A DNA stretch of 64,000 bases from Candidatus Saccharimonadota bacterium (GTDB lineage: Bacteria > Patescibacteriota > Saccharimonadia > Saccharimonadales > JACOTW01). The stretch covers positions 1,064 to 65,063 of the forward strand of contig JACOTW010000012.1 of NCBI GenBank assembly GCA_016178135.1, given 5' to 3'. The notes beneath the pieces were generated by a model. The model made no database searches, was not told the DNA's origin, and was given only the letters and a program-made list of their open reading frames with translations. Position 1 is the first letter of the stretch, and every line of letters starts with the position of its first letter. Of this stretch, positions 1 through 9,833 are shown piece after piece. A program made the position numbers and the translations under genes.

Positions 1-2976
1 ATCAATGCCACGTTGAGTTTTTTTAACACTGCCCGACACGCCGCGGTCTATAAAATCCAAGGTTACGAATTTGGGCAGTTCACCATGTGATATTTGCCAA
101 GCTAGGGCGTATATCGCCAATTGTTGACTGCTACTTGCTCGTAGTTTGGCTTTTTGAATCGTGTCTACACTACTCATAGTTTTATAGTCCACGATCTCGA
201 TTCCACCACTTTCAGACGGTAAAATCGCATCGAATCGGCCAGTAATTGATAGGTTTATGTCTTTAACGGTAAAACTAAACGGTTTTTCTACGGCAATCGG
301 AATACGTTGTTCTTTAGTAGCTTGGGCATATAGTCTCTTTAGAGTAGAGTGAGCCTGCGTAAGCGATCTTTCGCGATGGCGTAATGAAGCGTAGCCAGCT
401 TTTGGCCACTGTGTTTCAAGCTGATTGATTAACTCGGTAAGCGATGGCAGTTTACCGGCAATTAAGCCAAGATTTATTTCCTCGACCAATCCGTGCATTA
501 TAGATCCGTAGCGTAGTGCTGGACTAGGCTCTTTAGGGATATTCAAAATGTAACAATAATAGAAGTCTAAGGGACAATCCAAATATTTTTGAGCCTGACT
601 AACACTTAAATGTACATGACCGTTATTGAGTATATTGTTGGGAACACGCAAGGATTGTAGGGGCTTATTACCGTGTAAATCTATTGCGTGAAAGGCGGCC
701 TTGTTGGCAGTGGCAGGGCTTGAAAAATCTTGCAAGTCTAATGCCTCGGTCAAAAATCTGGACGGTTTACGTATAGTTGAAGAAGAATGGTGTTCCGAAT
801 ACGTCAAGATTAACTCGTTTCTGGCACGAGTCATGGCAACATACATAAGTCGGCGTTCTTCAGCCATATGAGTATTGGCTTCACTTTCTTGACTTGTGTC
901 CTTACTGGATTTACTGGACTTACGCAAAGCTCCCCCATCCCCAGACCAATTCATCTCGGCTGGTAGCGGTCTGTATTCTCTCGATGTAGCTATGGCTACC
1001 TCTCCTTCAGTCAAACTACTATCTGCTCGAGCTGATTTGCCCTGGGAACGGGCGATTTTGCGTAAGTCCAGTTTAGCTTGGTGATGAGGAGCTTCGCGCG
1101 AATCCAATAGCTTTTCTGGTAGGATAATGCCCCGAAGATTCTCTCGTAGAGGAAATGATTCTTCAGAGCAGTCGGCAACATAGACTATCGGCCATTCTAG
1201 TCCCTTAGCTTTGTGTATGGTGAGGATGTTAACGAATTGATTTGCTAGATCCATAGTGTTATCTTCACCCCCTTCCCCTGCGGCCTGGAGTGCCGGTAAT
1301 GTTTCTATGAACTGAATAGCACTGGGTACTAGAGCAATCTGCTCAAACTCTTTCATGACCGCAAAAAACTGTCCCAATCTGCTGGCAACTATAGCTGAAG
1401 AAGCATCTTCTTCACTGATTTTGTAGAGGCGATCTTTATAGCCACTGTCATCTAATATTGCATAAGCCAATTGTCCAACGGTTGTGATGCCAATTTTTTC
1501 GTGCCAGATTTTTATCAATTCTATAGCACTTCTGGCTTCAGCCAATTCAGGTTCTTCGGAGTTGGTAATATTATCAAGTAAAGATTCGTGCTGGTTTTTT
1601 GTTACTGCGTTTAGGCCACTTAATGTTGAGGCGGGTATTGAGAATAGCGGCCCCAAGAGGGTGTGATATAGACTGGTGTTGTTGTGCGGATCAACAACTG
1701 TCTTAATTGACTCTAGTAACATGCGTACAGACGGATCTTTATATAGTTCATAGCGTTGACCAGTAACGGCGTGTTCAATATCAAGATAATCCAAATGTTC
1801 ATGTAAAAGCTGAATGGTAGTATTGCGACGGGCCATTATGGCAATTGATCCAGGTGAAGCTCCGGCATTTAGCCGTCGCTTGACGTCGTTGGCTATCCAA
1901 GTAAGTTCTTCGTCCAGGGTAGTGAATTTGTATGCGCGTGGTGGTTCACCTGACCTATCACTCACCAGTTGTTTATCTATGTTGAGGCGCACCTCAAGTC
2001 GATGTGGATTATTGTGCTGGATAAGCCGATAGGCGCTTGCCAGTATTTCTTTGGTTGAGCGATAGTTTTGTGTTAGGGCTATTTCTTTAGCTGCAGGATA
2101 ACGGTCTTTAAATTCCAAGATGTTGGCGAGTGTAGCTCCCCTCCAACCGTAGATACTTTGGTCATCATCACCAACCACGAACAAATTTTTTCGCGGAGCG
2201 GCAATTAGATCAACCAGCACTGATTGCATAGTGTTTGTGTCTTGAAACTCATCTACCATGACGTAGTCATAACTGTCTTGAACTTCTTTTAATACATTTG
2301 ATCGTTTTCTTAATAGCTCAATGAGTAAATAGATTTGGTCATCATAATCAATTACATTGGCTTCACGACAAAGTCGAATGTATGCTTCGTAAGCTTTAGC
2401 CAATTCTTGGTACTTGATCTTATTAAGTTTTTCCTCTGGTTGGCTAGTTGGCATATTTTCGACGTATTGATTATGGGTTTCGGGAGTTATTATCTGCTGC
2501 TTGAGTTGTGAAAAATAAGCAGCAAGATCACTGATTAAGCTATCTGGTCTGGCAAGTGGCGCAAAATATTCTAAACCTAATGCATCTACTCTTTCTCCTA
2601 AAAATACAATCTGCGCGCTCTGTCCTAAAACTATGAAATTACGCCCCAAACCAATATCTGCTGCATAACGCCTAAGCAAACTCTCGCCGTAGGCGTTAAA
2701 AGTCATTATTGGTAGCTCAAGTTCATATAATCCGCGTGAAGCGTTAACGCGGTCTAGCATTTCAGTGGCGGCTTTTTCAGTAAAAGTTAATGCCAATAAT
2801 CGTTTTGTCGGTACGCCTTTTTCGATGAGTCGATTAATTCGTTCTACTATAACACTGGTTTTTCCGGTACCGGCACCAGCTACTACCAATATTGGACCTT
2901 TTTCGGCAGTAATTGCTGCTCTTTGAGCATCATTAAATCTCTCGTATGCTGCAATAGAGTTATCCACAGGCTTCAT
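1..2976 (-). CDS. UvrD/AddA-like ATP-dependent helicase with C-terminal PD-(D/E)XK nuclease; runs off the window start; carries an in-frame palindromic element
   Basis: Manual translation from ATG 2976: AGAGTGKT (Walker A), VDEFQD, VGDDDQSIY, TIHKAKGLEW, EERRLMYVAMTRAR; C-terminal CP..FYY, RFD..IVDYKT, QLAIYA. Confidence 0.9.
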   Translation of the reverse strand, partial: MKPVDNSIAAYERFNDAQRAAITAEKGPILVVAGAGTGKTSVIVERINRLIEKGVPTKRLLALTFTEKAATEMLDRVNASRGLYELELPIMTFNAYGESLLRRYAADIGLGRNFIVLGQSAQIVFLGERVDALGLEYFAPLARPDSLISDLAAYFSQLKQQIITPETHNQYVENMPTSQPEEKLNKIKYQELAKAYEAYIRLCREANVIDYDDQIYLLIELLRKRSNVLKEVQDSYDYVMVDEFQDTNTMQSVLVDLIAAPRKNLFVVGDDDQSIYGWRGATLANILEFKDRYPAAKEIALTQNYRSTKEILASAYRLIQHNNPHRLEVRLNIDKQLVSDRSGEPPRAYKFTTLDEELTWIANDVKRRLNAGASPGSIAIMARRNTTIQLLHEHLDYLDIEHAVTGQRYELYKDPSVRMLLESIKTVVDPHNNTSLYHTLLGPLFSIPASTLSGLNAVTKNQHESLLDNITNSEEPELAEARSAIELIKIWHEKIGITTVGQLAYAILDDSGYKDRLYKISEEDASSAIVASRLGQFFAVMKEFEQIALVPSAIQFIETLPALQAAGEGGEDNTMDLANQFVNILTIHKAKGLEWPIVYVADCSEESFPLRENLRGIILPEKLLDSREAPHHQAKLDLRKIARSQGKSARADSSLTEGEVAIATSREYRPLPAEMNWSGDGGALRKSSKSSKDTSQESEANTHMAEERRLMYVAMTRARNELILTYSEHHSSSTIRKPSRFLTEALDLQDFSSPATANKAAFHAIDLHGNKPLQSLRVPNNILNNGHVHLSVSQAQKYLDCPLDFYYCYILNIPKEPSPALRYGSIMHGLVEEINLGLIAGKLPSLTELINQLETQWPKAGYASLRHRERSLTQAHSTLKRLYAQATKEQRIPIAVEKPFSFTVKDINLSITGRFDAILPSESGGIEIVDYKTMSSVDTIQKAKLRASSSQQLAIYALAWQISHGELPKFVTLDFIDRGVSGSVKKTQRGID
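914..1071. mobile_element. Family A palindromic MITE (158 bp), in-frame in the helicase
   Basis: TIR CTGGACTTACGCAAA/TTTGCGTAAGTCCAG; TTTA on both flanks; net 162 bp. Confidence 0.9.
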
Positions 2977-2983
2977 TATACCA

Positions 2984-3553
2984 TCAGGCTCTATGGTTTT
3001 TTTTCGGACGAACTAATATAATTAACAGGGTTGCTAAAACAAAAAATAGTACGGAGTAAAATCCTACTTCTCCGTATAATTCAATTTTGTAACCTTCGTT
3101 GAAGTTTAAGACAAAGTAACTGATGGCTGTTGTGGTATAGGCGGCGACCGACAAAAGGGTTGTAGCTAAAATTGCTGCGCGGCTATATAAAGCGGCCGAA
3201 ACCAATATTGGTACAGCGTATAACATAACCGCTCGGCTGGCCATCCCTCGCTGGGTATAGACATTGAATGAGGCGGCTCCTATATCGACAAAAATAAGTG
3301 CAAAGACTAAAGCCTTATAAGCACCAGTGCTATTGATTTTATTTTTGGCGAGATACCAAACGACCGTGGATGTCAGGAATAAAATCGCTGTTACAATCCA
3401 GCGATTTAGCACGGCGTTAGGAGCTATTAATTTCCAGGCATCATAAATAATTGTCTGGGCAGCAAAAAGAAAAACATATAAAAAGTGAACACGCGCGAGC
3501 CTGACTGTGCTTGAGCGTAACCAGCTTTGTTTTTCTTTTTTTGCTAGTGCCAT
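2984..3553 (-). CDS. Hypothetical multi-pass membrane protein
   Basis: ORF with about 6 hydrophobic segments; start set to MALAKK because the upstream extension overlaps a repeat fragment. Confidence 0.7.
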   Translation of the reverse strand: MALAKKEKQSWLRSSTVRLARVHFLYVFLFAAQTIIYDAWKLIAPNAVLNRWIVTAILFLTSTVVWYLAKNKINSTGAYKALVFALIFVDIGAASFNVYTQRGMASRAVMLYAVPILVSAALYSRAAILATTLLSVAAYTTTAISYFVLNFNEGYKIELYGEVGFYSVLFFVLATLLIILVRPKKNHRA

Positions 3554-3566
3554 GCATATCACTTTA

Positions 3567-3596
3567 ACACGAATTTCGCACTTTTCCATCGCCTCA
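3567..3596. repeat. Solo left-end fragment of the 6251-type element
   Basis: ACACGAATTTCGCACTTTTCCATCGCC resembles ACACACATTTCGCACTTTTCCATTGCC at 6252. Confidence 0.55.
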
Positions 3597-3739
3597 ATAA
3601 TGGTAATGAGAAGCAAAAAGCCGCGTTCTATAAAGGCTCTAGGCTCAAACTCCAGCTCTACGAATCAGGGTAATGATGTCTAATTTAGGGGCACTGGATA
3701 GACCCCATATGACAACAAACTACACTTCTCAAGGCTAGA

Positions 3740-3897
3740 CTGGACTTACGCAAAGCTCCCCCATCCCCAGATCAATTCATCTTGGCTGGTAGCGATCTGT
3801 CTTCTCTCGATGTAGCTATGGCTACCTCTCCTTTAGCCAAACCACTCCCAACTCGAGCTGATTTAGCCTGGGAACGGGCGATTTTGCGTAAGTCCAG
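3740..3897. mobile_element. Family A MITE (158 bp), intergenic
   Basis: Same TIRs as the 914 copy; TAGA duplicated on both flanks. Confidence 0.9.
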
Positions 3898-3926
3898 TAG
3901 ACCTTGTACTCCTTCGCCGGGGTTGT

Positions 3927-4580
3927 TTAACCCAAGATATTGATAGACCGAGCTAGTACGAGGGCAAGAGTAAAAACTGATACCAAAGCCTGTATTCCCA
4001 TGAGTAGTTTGGCTTGGTGGGTAATGGGTTTAGTGTCCGCGGGCGCAAAGTTAATGCCGTTGGTTGTGGAAAGATATAAATAATCAATAAATCCGGGCTG
4101 CCAATTGGCAAAGTCATCACTCATATCTTGCTGAGTAAATTGAAAGTCTTTGTCGTGTTTAGACCACTTACTGCCAGTTAGGCCAGGGCTGTCGATTTCC
4201 CAATACCAAAGTGCGAAAACGATGATGTTTGTTAGGAATATGGCTACTGCCGCGACCAACAGTTCGCGGCCGGACAAACCCTGGCCGTTTGTAATTAGCA
4301 AACGTGCAACCAGAAAAAACGAAGTAATATTGGCCACCGAAATAAGTGCAAGTAATCCGGTCGAGAGCACGCGGTAAAGGGATTTTGCCTGAACATGGCG
4401 TTTCCTGGCGGTAAAACCGATAATAATAGCCAAAGTAATTTCAGTAACAACGATTAGATTGTGTGGTCCGTAGGTCAGCTCTTTGTTGATAGCCCAGACA
4501 ACGACCTGTAGGACTATAGCAACTGCTAGGGCCGATTGTGCGGCCCAAAGCTCATGGCTTGTTATAGGGTGAACCTTCAT
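3927..4580 (-). CDS. DUF1345-like membrane protein
   Basis: FALWYWEID, DFQF, W.PGFIDYLYLS.TN..F.P.D motifs. Confidence 0.7.
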   Translation of the reverse strand: MKVHPITSHELWAAQSALAVAIVLQVVVWAINKELTYGPHNLIVVTEITLAIIIGFTARKRHVQAKSLYRVLSTGLLALISVANITSFFLVARLLITNGQGLSGRELLVAAVAIFLTNIIVFALWYWEIDSPGLTGSKWSKHDKDFQFTQQDMSDDFANWQPGFIDYLYLSTTNGINFAPADTKPITHQAKLLMGIQALVSVFTLALVLARSINILG

Positions 4581-4627
4581 TACATCTAATTATACGACGA
4601 TAATACGTGTCAGGCTAGAAAAAAGTA

Positions 4628-4702
4628 TGGCTGGGACGGTAGGATTCGAACCTACGAATGCCAGTACCAAAAACTGGTGCCTTACCACTTGGCCACGTCC
4701 CA
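4628..4702 (-). tRNA. tRNA-Gln(TTG)
   Basis: Cloverleaf, anticodon arm CCAGT-TTTTGGT-ACTGG, GTTCGAATC, encoded CCA. Confidence 0.95.
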
Positions 4703-4956
4703 TGAATTGCTAACTACTATATTTTAACGTCTACTGACGATTTTTGGTACTGATAGCCAGTACCATATTAATGACTTTGTTGTCGAAAGCAACAACTGGC
4801 GGTGCCTTGTCACAATCCTACTGCCAGTAAACTGGCAATCGGTTGCGACCCCGCCTCAACATGGTGACATTCGTCAGCCAGGTTTCCGGCCTTGCAAAGT
4901 GCCACTGGCACTTTTCACACTTGGCTACTCCCTATTAATACTAGAACTAGTACATT

Positions 4957-5424
4957 TTACATTCTGTTGCTGTTTAGAGCAATCTGACCCGTAGCCATTA
5001 ATATACATTTAGGGCGTCCATCTATGATTGGGTTTGATTCTCCTCTGTTGGTTGTGCCTGGAATATAGCGGTGCCATTCGCCTAGTAAATTAGTTTCATT
5101 ATCTTCACATACTTTTATAAGGCTTAATGCTACTGCCTCATAGACATGTCCGGCACTTTGTTCTATCTCTATCTCAGGATAAAGCAAACTAATCACCTCA
5201 CCCCAATCACGGGAATACGCTGTTAAGGCTATTTTTGACATATGACCGTATGTTTTTCCGTTGAGCCTATGACGCACAAAATTAAATAATACTTCTGTAT
5301 CTAATGGGGACGGGTTTGTAGGTACAATAATTGGAGGTAGTAAAAAGTCTGATCTCTCGTTGATCGGTATACCTTGATAGCCCAAAGTTTCGGGGTCGGG
5401 CGACGCCACTTCACGTGTGTTCAT
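4957..5424 (-). CDS. Hypothetical protein
   Basis: 155-aa ORF, no recognised motif. Confidence 0.5.
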   Translation of the reverse strand: MNTREVASPDPETLGYQGIPINERSDFLLPPIIVPTNPSPLDTEVLFNFVRHRLNGKTYGHMSKIALTAYSRDWGEVISLLYPEIEIEQSAGHVYEAVALSLIKVCEDNETNLLGEWHRYIPGTTNRGESNPIIDGRPKCILMATGQIALNSNRM

Positions 5425-5673
5425 GTTTGCATTTCCATAGCTTTTTATAAGATGCCTATTATTCCACTATGCTCCGTTTCTAAAATGTGTCAAGTATTTA
5501 TATGGTTCATGACGTAAATTGCTTTAGAATGTCATGTTTGTCTCATTTAACTGATAACGAACATAAGGCGCAATGGTTCTAGGCCGGTATGTCCAGCCAG
5601 GATTATTACAATACGTCTCGTGCTATTTTAAAAATATAAACTCACCTGATTTAATATTGGCTTATCGACAGGG

Positions 5674-6168
5674 CTAAACCGCAAATATGTTACCAACTAT
5701 TATGCCGATCATGGTTGCCAAGCCACCTATTATGAAGATTTCTAAAGCACTTTTGATTGGTGGGACATCAACAACCTTGCCCTTCACATAACCTAGTGCT
5801 AACAAGCATATCAAGGCTGCAATTATAGCAACGTTTCTTGAATAGCTAATCGGGAAGAAGATAATGGCCAGTAATGGTACTAAGCCAGCAAGAAAATACG
5901 CCCAAAACATAATAATGCCACTTACTACGGGAACTCTAAAAGACTCACTTTTATCAAGTTGATGAGCAGATTTAGAACTAAGATACTGACCTGAACCCAT
6001 AGAAAGAGCTTCAACTAAAATAGTTACTACGCCAGCCAAGATAACCACCTGTTTATTGCGCGTGCCGGTGCTGATACCTACAATGACACCAGTTGTTGAG
6101 ACCAAGGCATCATTAAACCCAAACATAGCACTCTGTAGATATTCTTTTTGTATACTGGATTTTCTCAA
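5674..6168 (-). CDS. VIT1/CCC1 family Fe/Mn transporter
   Basis: FG.NDALVST, EALSMG.GQYLS motifs. Confidence 0.85.
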   Translation of the reverse strand: MRKSSIQKEYLQSAMFGFNDALVSTTGVIVGISTGTRNKQVVILAGVVTILVEALSMGSGQYLSSKSAHQLDKSESFRVPVVSGIIMFWAYFLAGLVPLLAIIFFPISYSRNVAIIAALICLLALGYVKGKVVDVPPIKSALEIFIIGGLATMIGIIVGNIFAV

Positions 6169-6250
6169 GATTTAACCCCTAAATAACATTGTACTCCAGC
6201 AGACCTCTTTCACAACCCTCCAGGGGCACAACAAACCACAATGTTATTCC

Positions 6251-6576
6251 GACACACATTTCGCACTTTTCCATTGCCCCAGTTCACTCCTAACTGGCTA
6301 CAAACTATTGATCTGCCCTCCATGTAGCTACAGCTACCTCTCCATCAGTTCAACAGTTTTCGCTCAGCTATAGCCATTCCAAAACAAAATGACCAAATTT
6401 TGAGTGATGGATGATGAGTCTAAAAACTAGCTTTCTTTGACTAAAGCATATCCGTAGATATGCTGCAGACAAAAAAGTAGTTTTTAGATCATCAGGCGCA
6501 GACAAAAATGGTCATTTTGTTTTGGGATGGCTATAGGCGCAAACTGGCATCAACGGCTAAGTGCGAAATGCGTGTC
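6251..6576. mobile_element. Divergent family-A relative with a nested family-B relative
   Basis: 18-bp TIR GACAC(A/G)CATTTCGCACTT; core ATGTAGCTACAGCTACCTCTCC..AACAGTTTTCGCTCA shared with family A. Confidence 0.8.
6368..6536. mobile_element. Divergent family-B relative, nested
   Basis: 28-bp IR CTATAGCCAT(T/C)CCAAAACAAAATGACCA; central AGCATATC-CGTA-GATATGCT hairpin similar to the family B core. Confidence 0.8.
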
Positions 6577-6589
6577 CGAGTTAAGGTAT

Positions 6590-8482
6590 CTAAAGCTTGC
6601 AAATGGCTAGGGTACATTTGATTTTAACGGATTTTGAAGGACCAGCCGCACGATTACCGTCCCTGTCAACTGCAAAAACCCGATAGTTAAAGTTACTAGT
6701 TTTGTTTATATTGTCTGTGTAATATTGATCATCTGGCGAGTTGACGTATAGCTTAACGGCTGGCTTATTATCTGTACTGCGCCATACCTCGTATCCCTTG
6801 ATCTGGTTATCATCCGTAGCGAATGGCCAAGATACATAGATCTTACACTTAGACTTAGCCGAACAATTATTTTTCCACCAGTTTGTATCAAAACCACTTT
6901 TCATGCTCGCGTTACTTGGCCAAACCGGAGCATTACCACTAACGGTTTGCGTAGTCGTAACCGTAACTACGACACCACTGGATGTTGTATCTAGTCCTTT
7001 ATCATCAGTAGCTTTGGCTTTAAATGTATAGGTGCCTGCCGGATAGTTACTGATACTAAATGAATAGGGGGACGATGTATCGGTGCCGATTTTAGTATTG
7101 GCTGAATAGAATTCAACCTTGCTAATTGTACCATCTTGATCATTCGCACCGGCAGTTAGCGTGAAGTAAGCCGGAGCTACAATTGTTGCCGCTGGATTTT
7201 TTAGGGTTACTGTGGGGGCTATATTATTTGGTGGTGGCGGTGCCGACTTGGCTAATACCGTAATCGATAATGACGTACTGGCTTTATTGTTATTAGAAGA
7301 TGAAGAGTTATCAGTGGCAACTGCACGTAGGCTATGAGTGCCCGGAGCTAAGCCACTAACCGTCGTACTGTAAGGAGCTGTGTTGTTGACCGATATACTG
7401 GTGTCGCCGTTAAAAAACTCTACTTGCTTGATGGCTCCATCGGTGTCATTGGCATTCGCTGATAATGTAATGGAGCTTCCGGCAGCAAACTCTTGACCGT
7501 TGACGGGGCTTGATATGCTGATAGTTGGTGGTAAATTAGTGGTCGAGCCTTTATTATCGCCACTGGTTCGGCACGGTGTACGTGGTCCGTTGAGGTCCAA
7601 ATTCATTAAATAAGCGTCATAGTTTTTGATGGATGCATCTTTACAGCTGGCACTCGTAGGCCAACTACTGGCACCACCTTTATATTCAATTACAAAGACT
7701 GCCTTATTAGCGTTGACAAAAGGCTTGTAAGTATCACATTCATTATATTCATAACATTGCTCTACAATCGCAAAGTCATGGGCGCTTATTACAGATTTGC
7801 CGTTAGGCAGGTTTTTATTGACTAAATCGCCACTATTTTTTAAGGCTACTGATAGATTAAAGCTATGTCCGGTATTGGTAAGAAACTGTAGATAATCTAA
7901 AGTGGTTGTTTCGTTGAGTGGTATATTGCTGGCATTTGTATAGGCATCAACGTTATCTGGTTCTATGCCATCGCAACCCAAGCTACTCATGGTTTGGATG
8001 CGGTTATACATTATGGATCGTACATTGGCTGAACGTGTGTCAACAATAAGTTCGCCCTCCCATCCGGGAAGTTGTCCGAATGTATCACCGGGAAGAAATT
8101 GGCTATGATCTGGTCGCCAATCTTCATCCGTTCCGGCCGAAAAGTAACAAATAACAGTTATGCCCTTGGCCTTAATACTAGCAATTTGGGTAGCATTTGA
8201 GTTGAGGTAATCAAAATCATAAACTTTTGGTCCGGATTCGGCGTCCATGACTTTTTCGTTTGGTGCGCCTTGCAATAACCACGCGAAACGACTATTTGGT
8301 TCCACTGGCTTTAAGGTCGATGCGGCAGAAATGCTAAGTGTTAGATAGGTGCCTATTACCCCAAAAACTATTAAGGCAAGCCACCTTTTACTGATTTTGC
8401 TTATGAATTTATTGGATGACGACCGTAGTTGTTTGGTGGTATTAGATTTTTTTTGCTTAGCAATTTTTGTAGTTTTTTTCAT
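6590..8482 (-). CDS. Exported GH114-like endo-alpha-1,4-polygalactosaminidase with two bacterial Ig-like domains and an FN3-like tail
   Basis: N-terminal TM; ICYFSAGT.EDWRPD, GCDGIEPDNVD, ALKN, AIVEQCYEYNEC; two A.A.D.DG.I..VEF repeats. Confidence 0.8.
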   Translation of the reverse strand: MKKTTKIAKQKKSNTTKQLRSSSNKFISKISKRWLALIVFGVIGTYLTLSISAASTLKPVEPNSRFAWLLQGAPNEKVMDAESGPKVYDFDYLNSNATQIASIKAKGITVICYFSAGTDEDWRPDHSQFLPGDTFGQLPGWEGELIVDTRSANVRSIMYNRIQTMSSLGCDGIEPDNVDAYTNASNIPLNETTTLDYLQFLTNTGHSFNLSVALKNSGDLVNKNLPNGKSVISAHDFAIVEQCYEYNECDTYKPFVNANKAVFVIEYKGGASSWPTSASCKDASIKNYDAYLMNLDLNGPRTPCRTSGDNKGSTTNLPPTISISSPVNGQEFAAGSSITLSANANDTDGAIKQVEFFNGDTSISVNNTAPYSTTVSGLAPGTHSLRAVATDNSSSSNNNKASTSLSITVLAKSAPPPPNNIAPTVTLKNPAATIVAPAYFTLTAGANDQDGTISKVEFYSANTKIGTDTSSPYSFSISNYPAGTYTFKAKATDDKGLDTTSSGVVVTVTTTQTVSGNAPVWPSNASMKSGFDTNWWKNNCSAKSKCKIYVSWPFATDDNQIKGYEVWRSTDNKPAVKLYVNSPDDQYYTDNINKTSNFNYRVFAVDRDGNRAAGPSKSVKIKCTLAICKL

Positions 8483-8539
8483 AACCGTCCTATTCGTATT
8501 ATAAATAACATGAGTTCAAAATCCAGTATACTATAAATT

Positions 8540-9781
8540 ATGCGCATTATAGAGCCGCTTATGCTTGAGTCTATCAAAAAAAAGCATCGGCCAAGGCGAT
8601 TTGTAAGAATTTTTCTGCTTATTCTAGTGGCATTACTTATAGGTTACGGAGCTATTGCTTATACCAATCCCCTGCCACCTATATCGCCAGTAATGACCGC
8701 TAAGCTTGATTTAGTCAATGAACCAGTGCCTATACCTTGGTCCGCCCAAGGACAGGCCGCTATCGGCGCACAAGGTTATGGGGTACTTTCCGAGACCCCA
8801 CACCAAAAAGCCCTGCCCATGGCTAGCGTGGCCAAGGTCTTTACTGCTTATATGATATTGAAAAAGCGACCATTGGAGCGTGGCGCAATCGGACCTGGGA
8901 TCACTATTACTAATGCTGATATTGACATATATAACCATTACATAACACTTGGCGGATCCGTTTTACCGGTTTTTGTTGGCCAACAGTTTTCCCAATACCA
9001 GGCCTTACAAGCACTTTTATTACCTTCGGCAAACAATATCGCTGATCTATTGGGGAACTGGGCTTATGGGTCTGTTTATGATTATAGTGTGGCCGCAAAT
9101 GCGGAGTTAAAAGTTCTAGGTCTTCGTGATACGCATATCGCTGATGCTAGTGGTTTCTCTTCGGAGACAGTTAGTACGCCGCACGATTTAGTTTTGCTTG
9201 GCGCCATTGTTTTGGCTAATCCCGTTATCGCTCAAATTGTCGATTTGCCACGTATTCAATTACCCGCGGTAGGTACAGTAGCTAATACCAACAAGCTCGT
9301 TGAGAATCCGGAAATTATAGGAATAAAAACAGGTCATACTAACGAATCTGGCGGTTGTTTTTTGTTTGCCGCCCGCCACAAAGTTGTGCCTGGAGAATTT
9401 GTTACGGTTATTGGCGCTATTATGGCTGCGCCGGATATTATCACTGCTCTTGACGGTGCTATGCCCTTACTCGAGGCGACTTATAGGGGGTTTGCAGAGG
9501 TTACGCTCATAAAAAGCGGTCAAAAGATTGGTGAATACAGAATTCCCTGGGGTGGCAGGGTTAATGTGGTGGCTCAAGCAGACGTTCGTGAGGTCCTATG
9601 GAAAGGTACTAAGCCAACGATAACCAGTGGCCTTGAGTCAATAGACGGACCACGCAAAATCAATGATGAAGTTGGTCGTCTGTCCATTGATGGTGGGCCG
9701 CTCAAGGTGAGCATTCCGGTAGTCCTTGACCAAGCAGTTATTTCGCCGTCTATAAAGTGGCGAGCCACAAGGATTTTTTAA
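8540..9781 (+). CDS. D-alanyl-D-alanine carboxypeptidase (S11 family)
   Basis: SxxK (SVAK), SxN (SAN) and KTG motifs; N-terminal TM. Confidence 0.85.
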   Translation: MRIIEPLMLESIKKKHRPRRFVRIFLLILVALLIGYGAIAYTNPLPPISPVMTAKLDLVNEPVPIPWSAQGQAAIGAQGYGVLSETPHQKALPMASVAKVFTAYMILKKRPLERGAIGPGITITNADIDIYNHYITLGGSVLPVFVGQQFSQYQALQALLLPSANNIADLLGNWAYGSVYDYSVAANAELKVLGLRDTHIADASGFSSETVSTPHDLVLLGAIVLANPVIAQIVDLPRIQLPAVGTVANTNKLVENPEIIGIKTGHTNESGGCFLFAARHKVVPGEFVTVIGAIMAAPDIITALDGAMPLLEATYRGFAEVTLIKSGQKIGEYRIPWGGRVNVVAQADVREVLWKGTKPTITSGLESIDGPRKINDEVGRLSIDGGPLKVSIPVVLDQAVISPSIKWRATRIF

Positions 9782-9833
9782 TGTGCTAATGCTTGCCCTT
9801 TCAGGTGTGCTTGCCCTAGAATCTATCCTGTAG

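Noticed and set aside
896..1084. Short ORFs reading LDLRKAPPSPDQ..., YSPRKTNS... or WTCRK... (also 14282, 15464, 16943, 27609, 33475, 43623, 53530, 57818)
   Set aside because: They are open frames of the palindromic elements, not independent genes.
3610..3926. RNase P RNA (ATAGAACGCGGCTT resembles its 3' conserved region) or tmRNA
   Set aside because: No GAGGAAAGTCC-type 5' partner and no tRNA-like ends were found.
4734..4795. Hammerhead ribozyme (CTGACGA ... GAAA)
   Set aside because: GAAA lies in a hairpin loop and does not follow a stem II closed next to CUGANGA.
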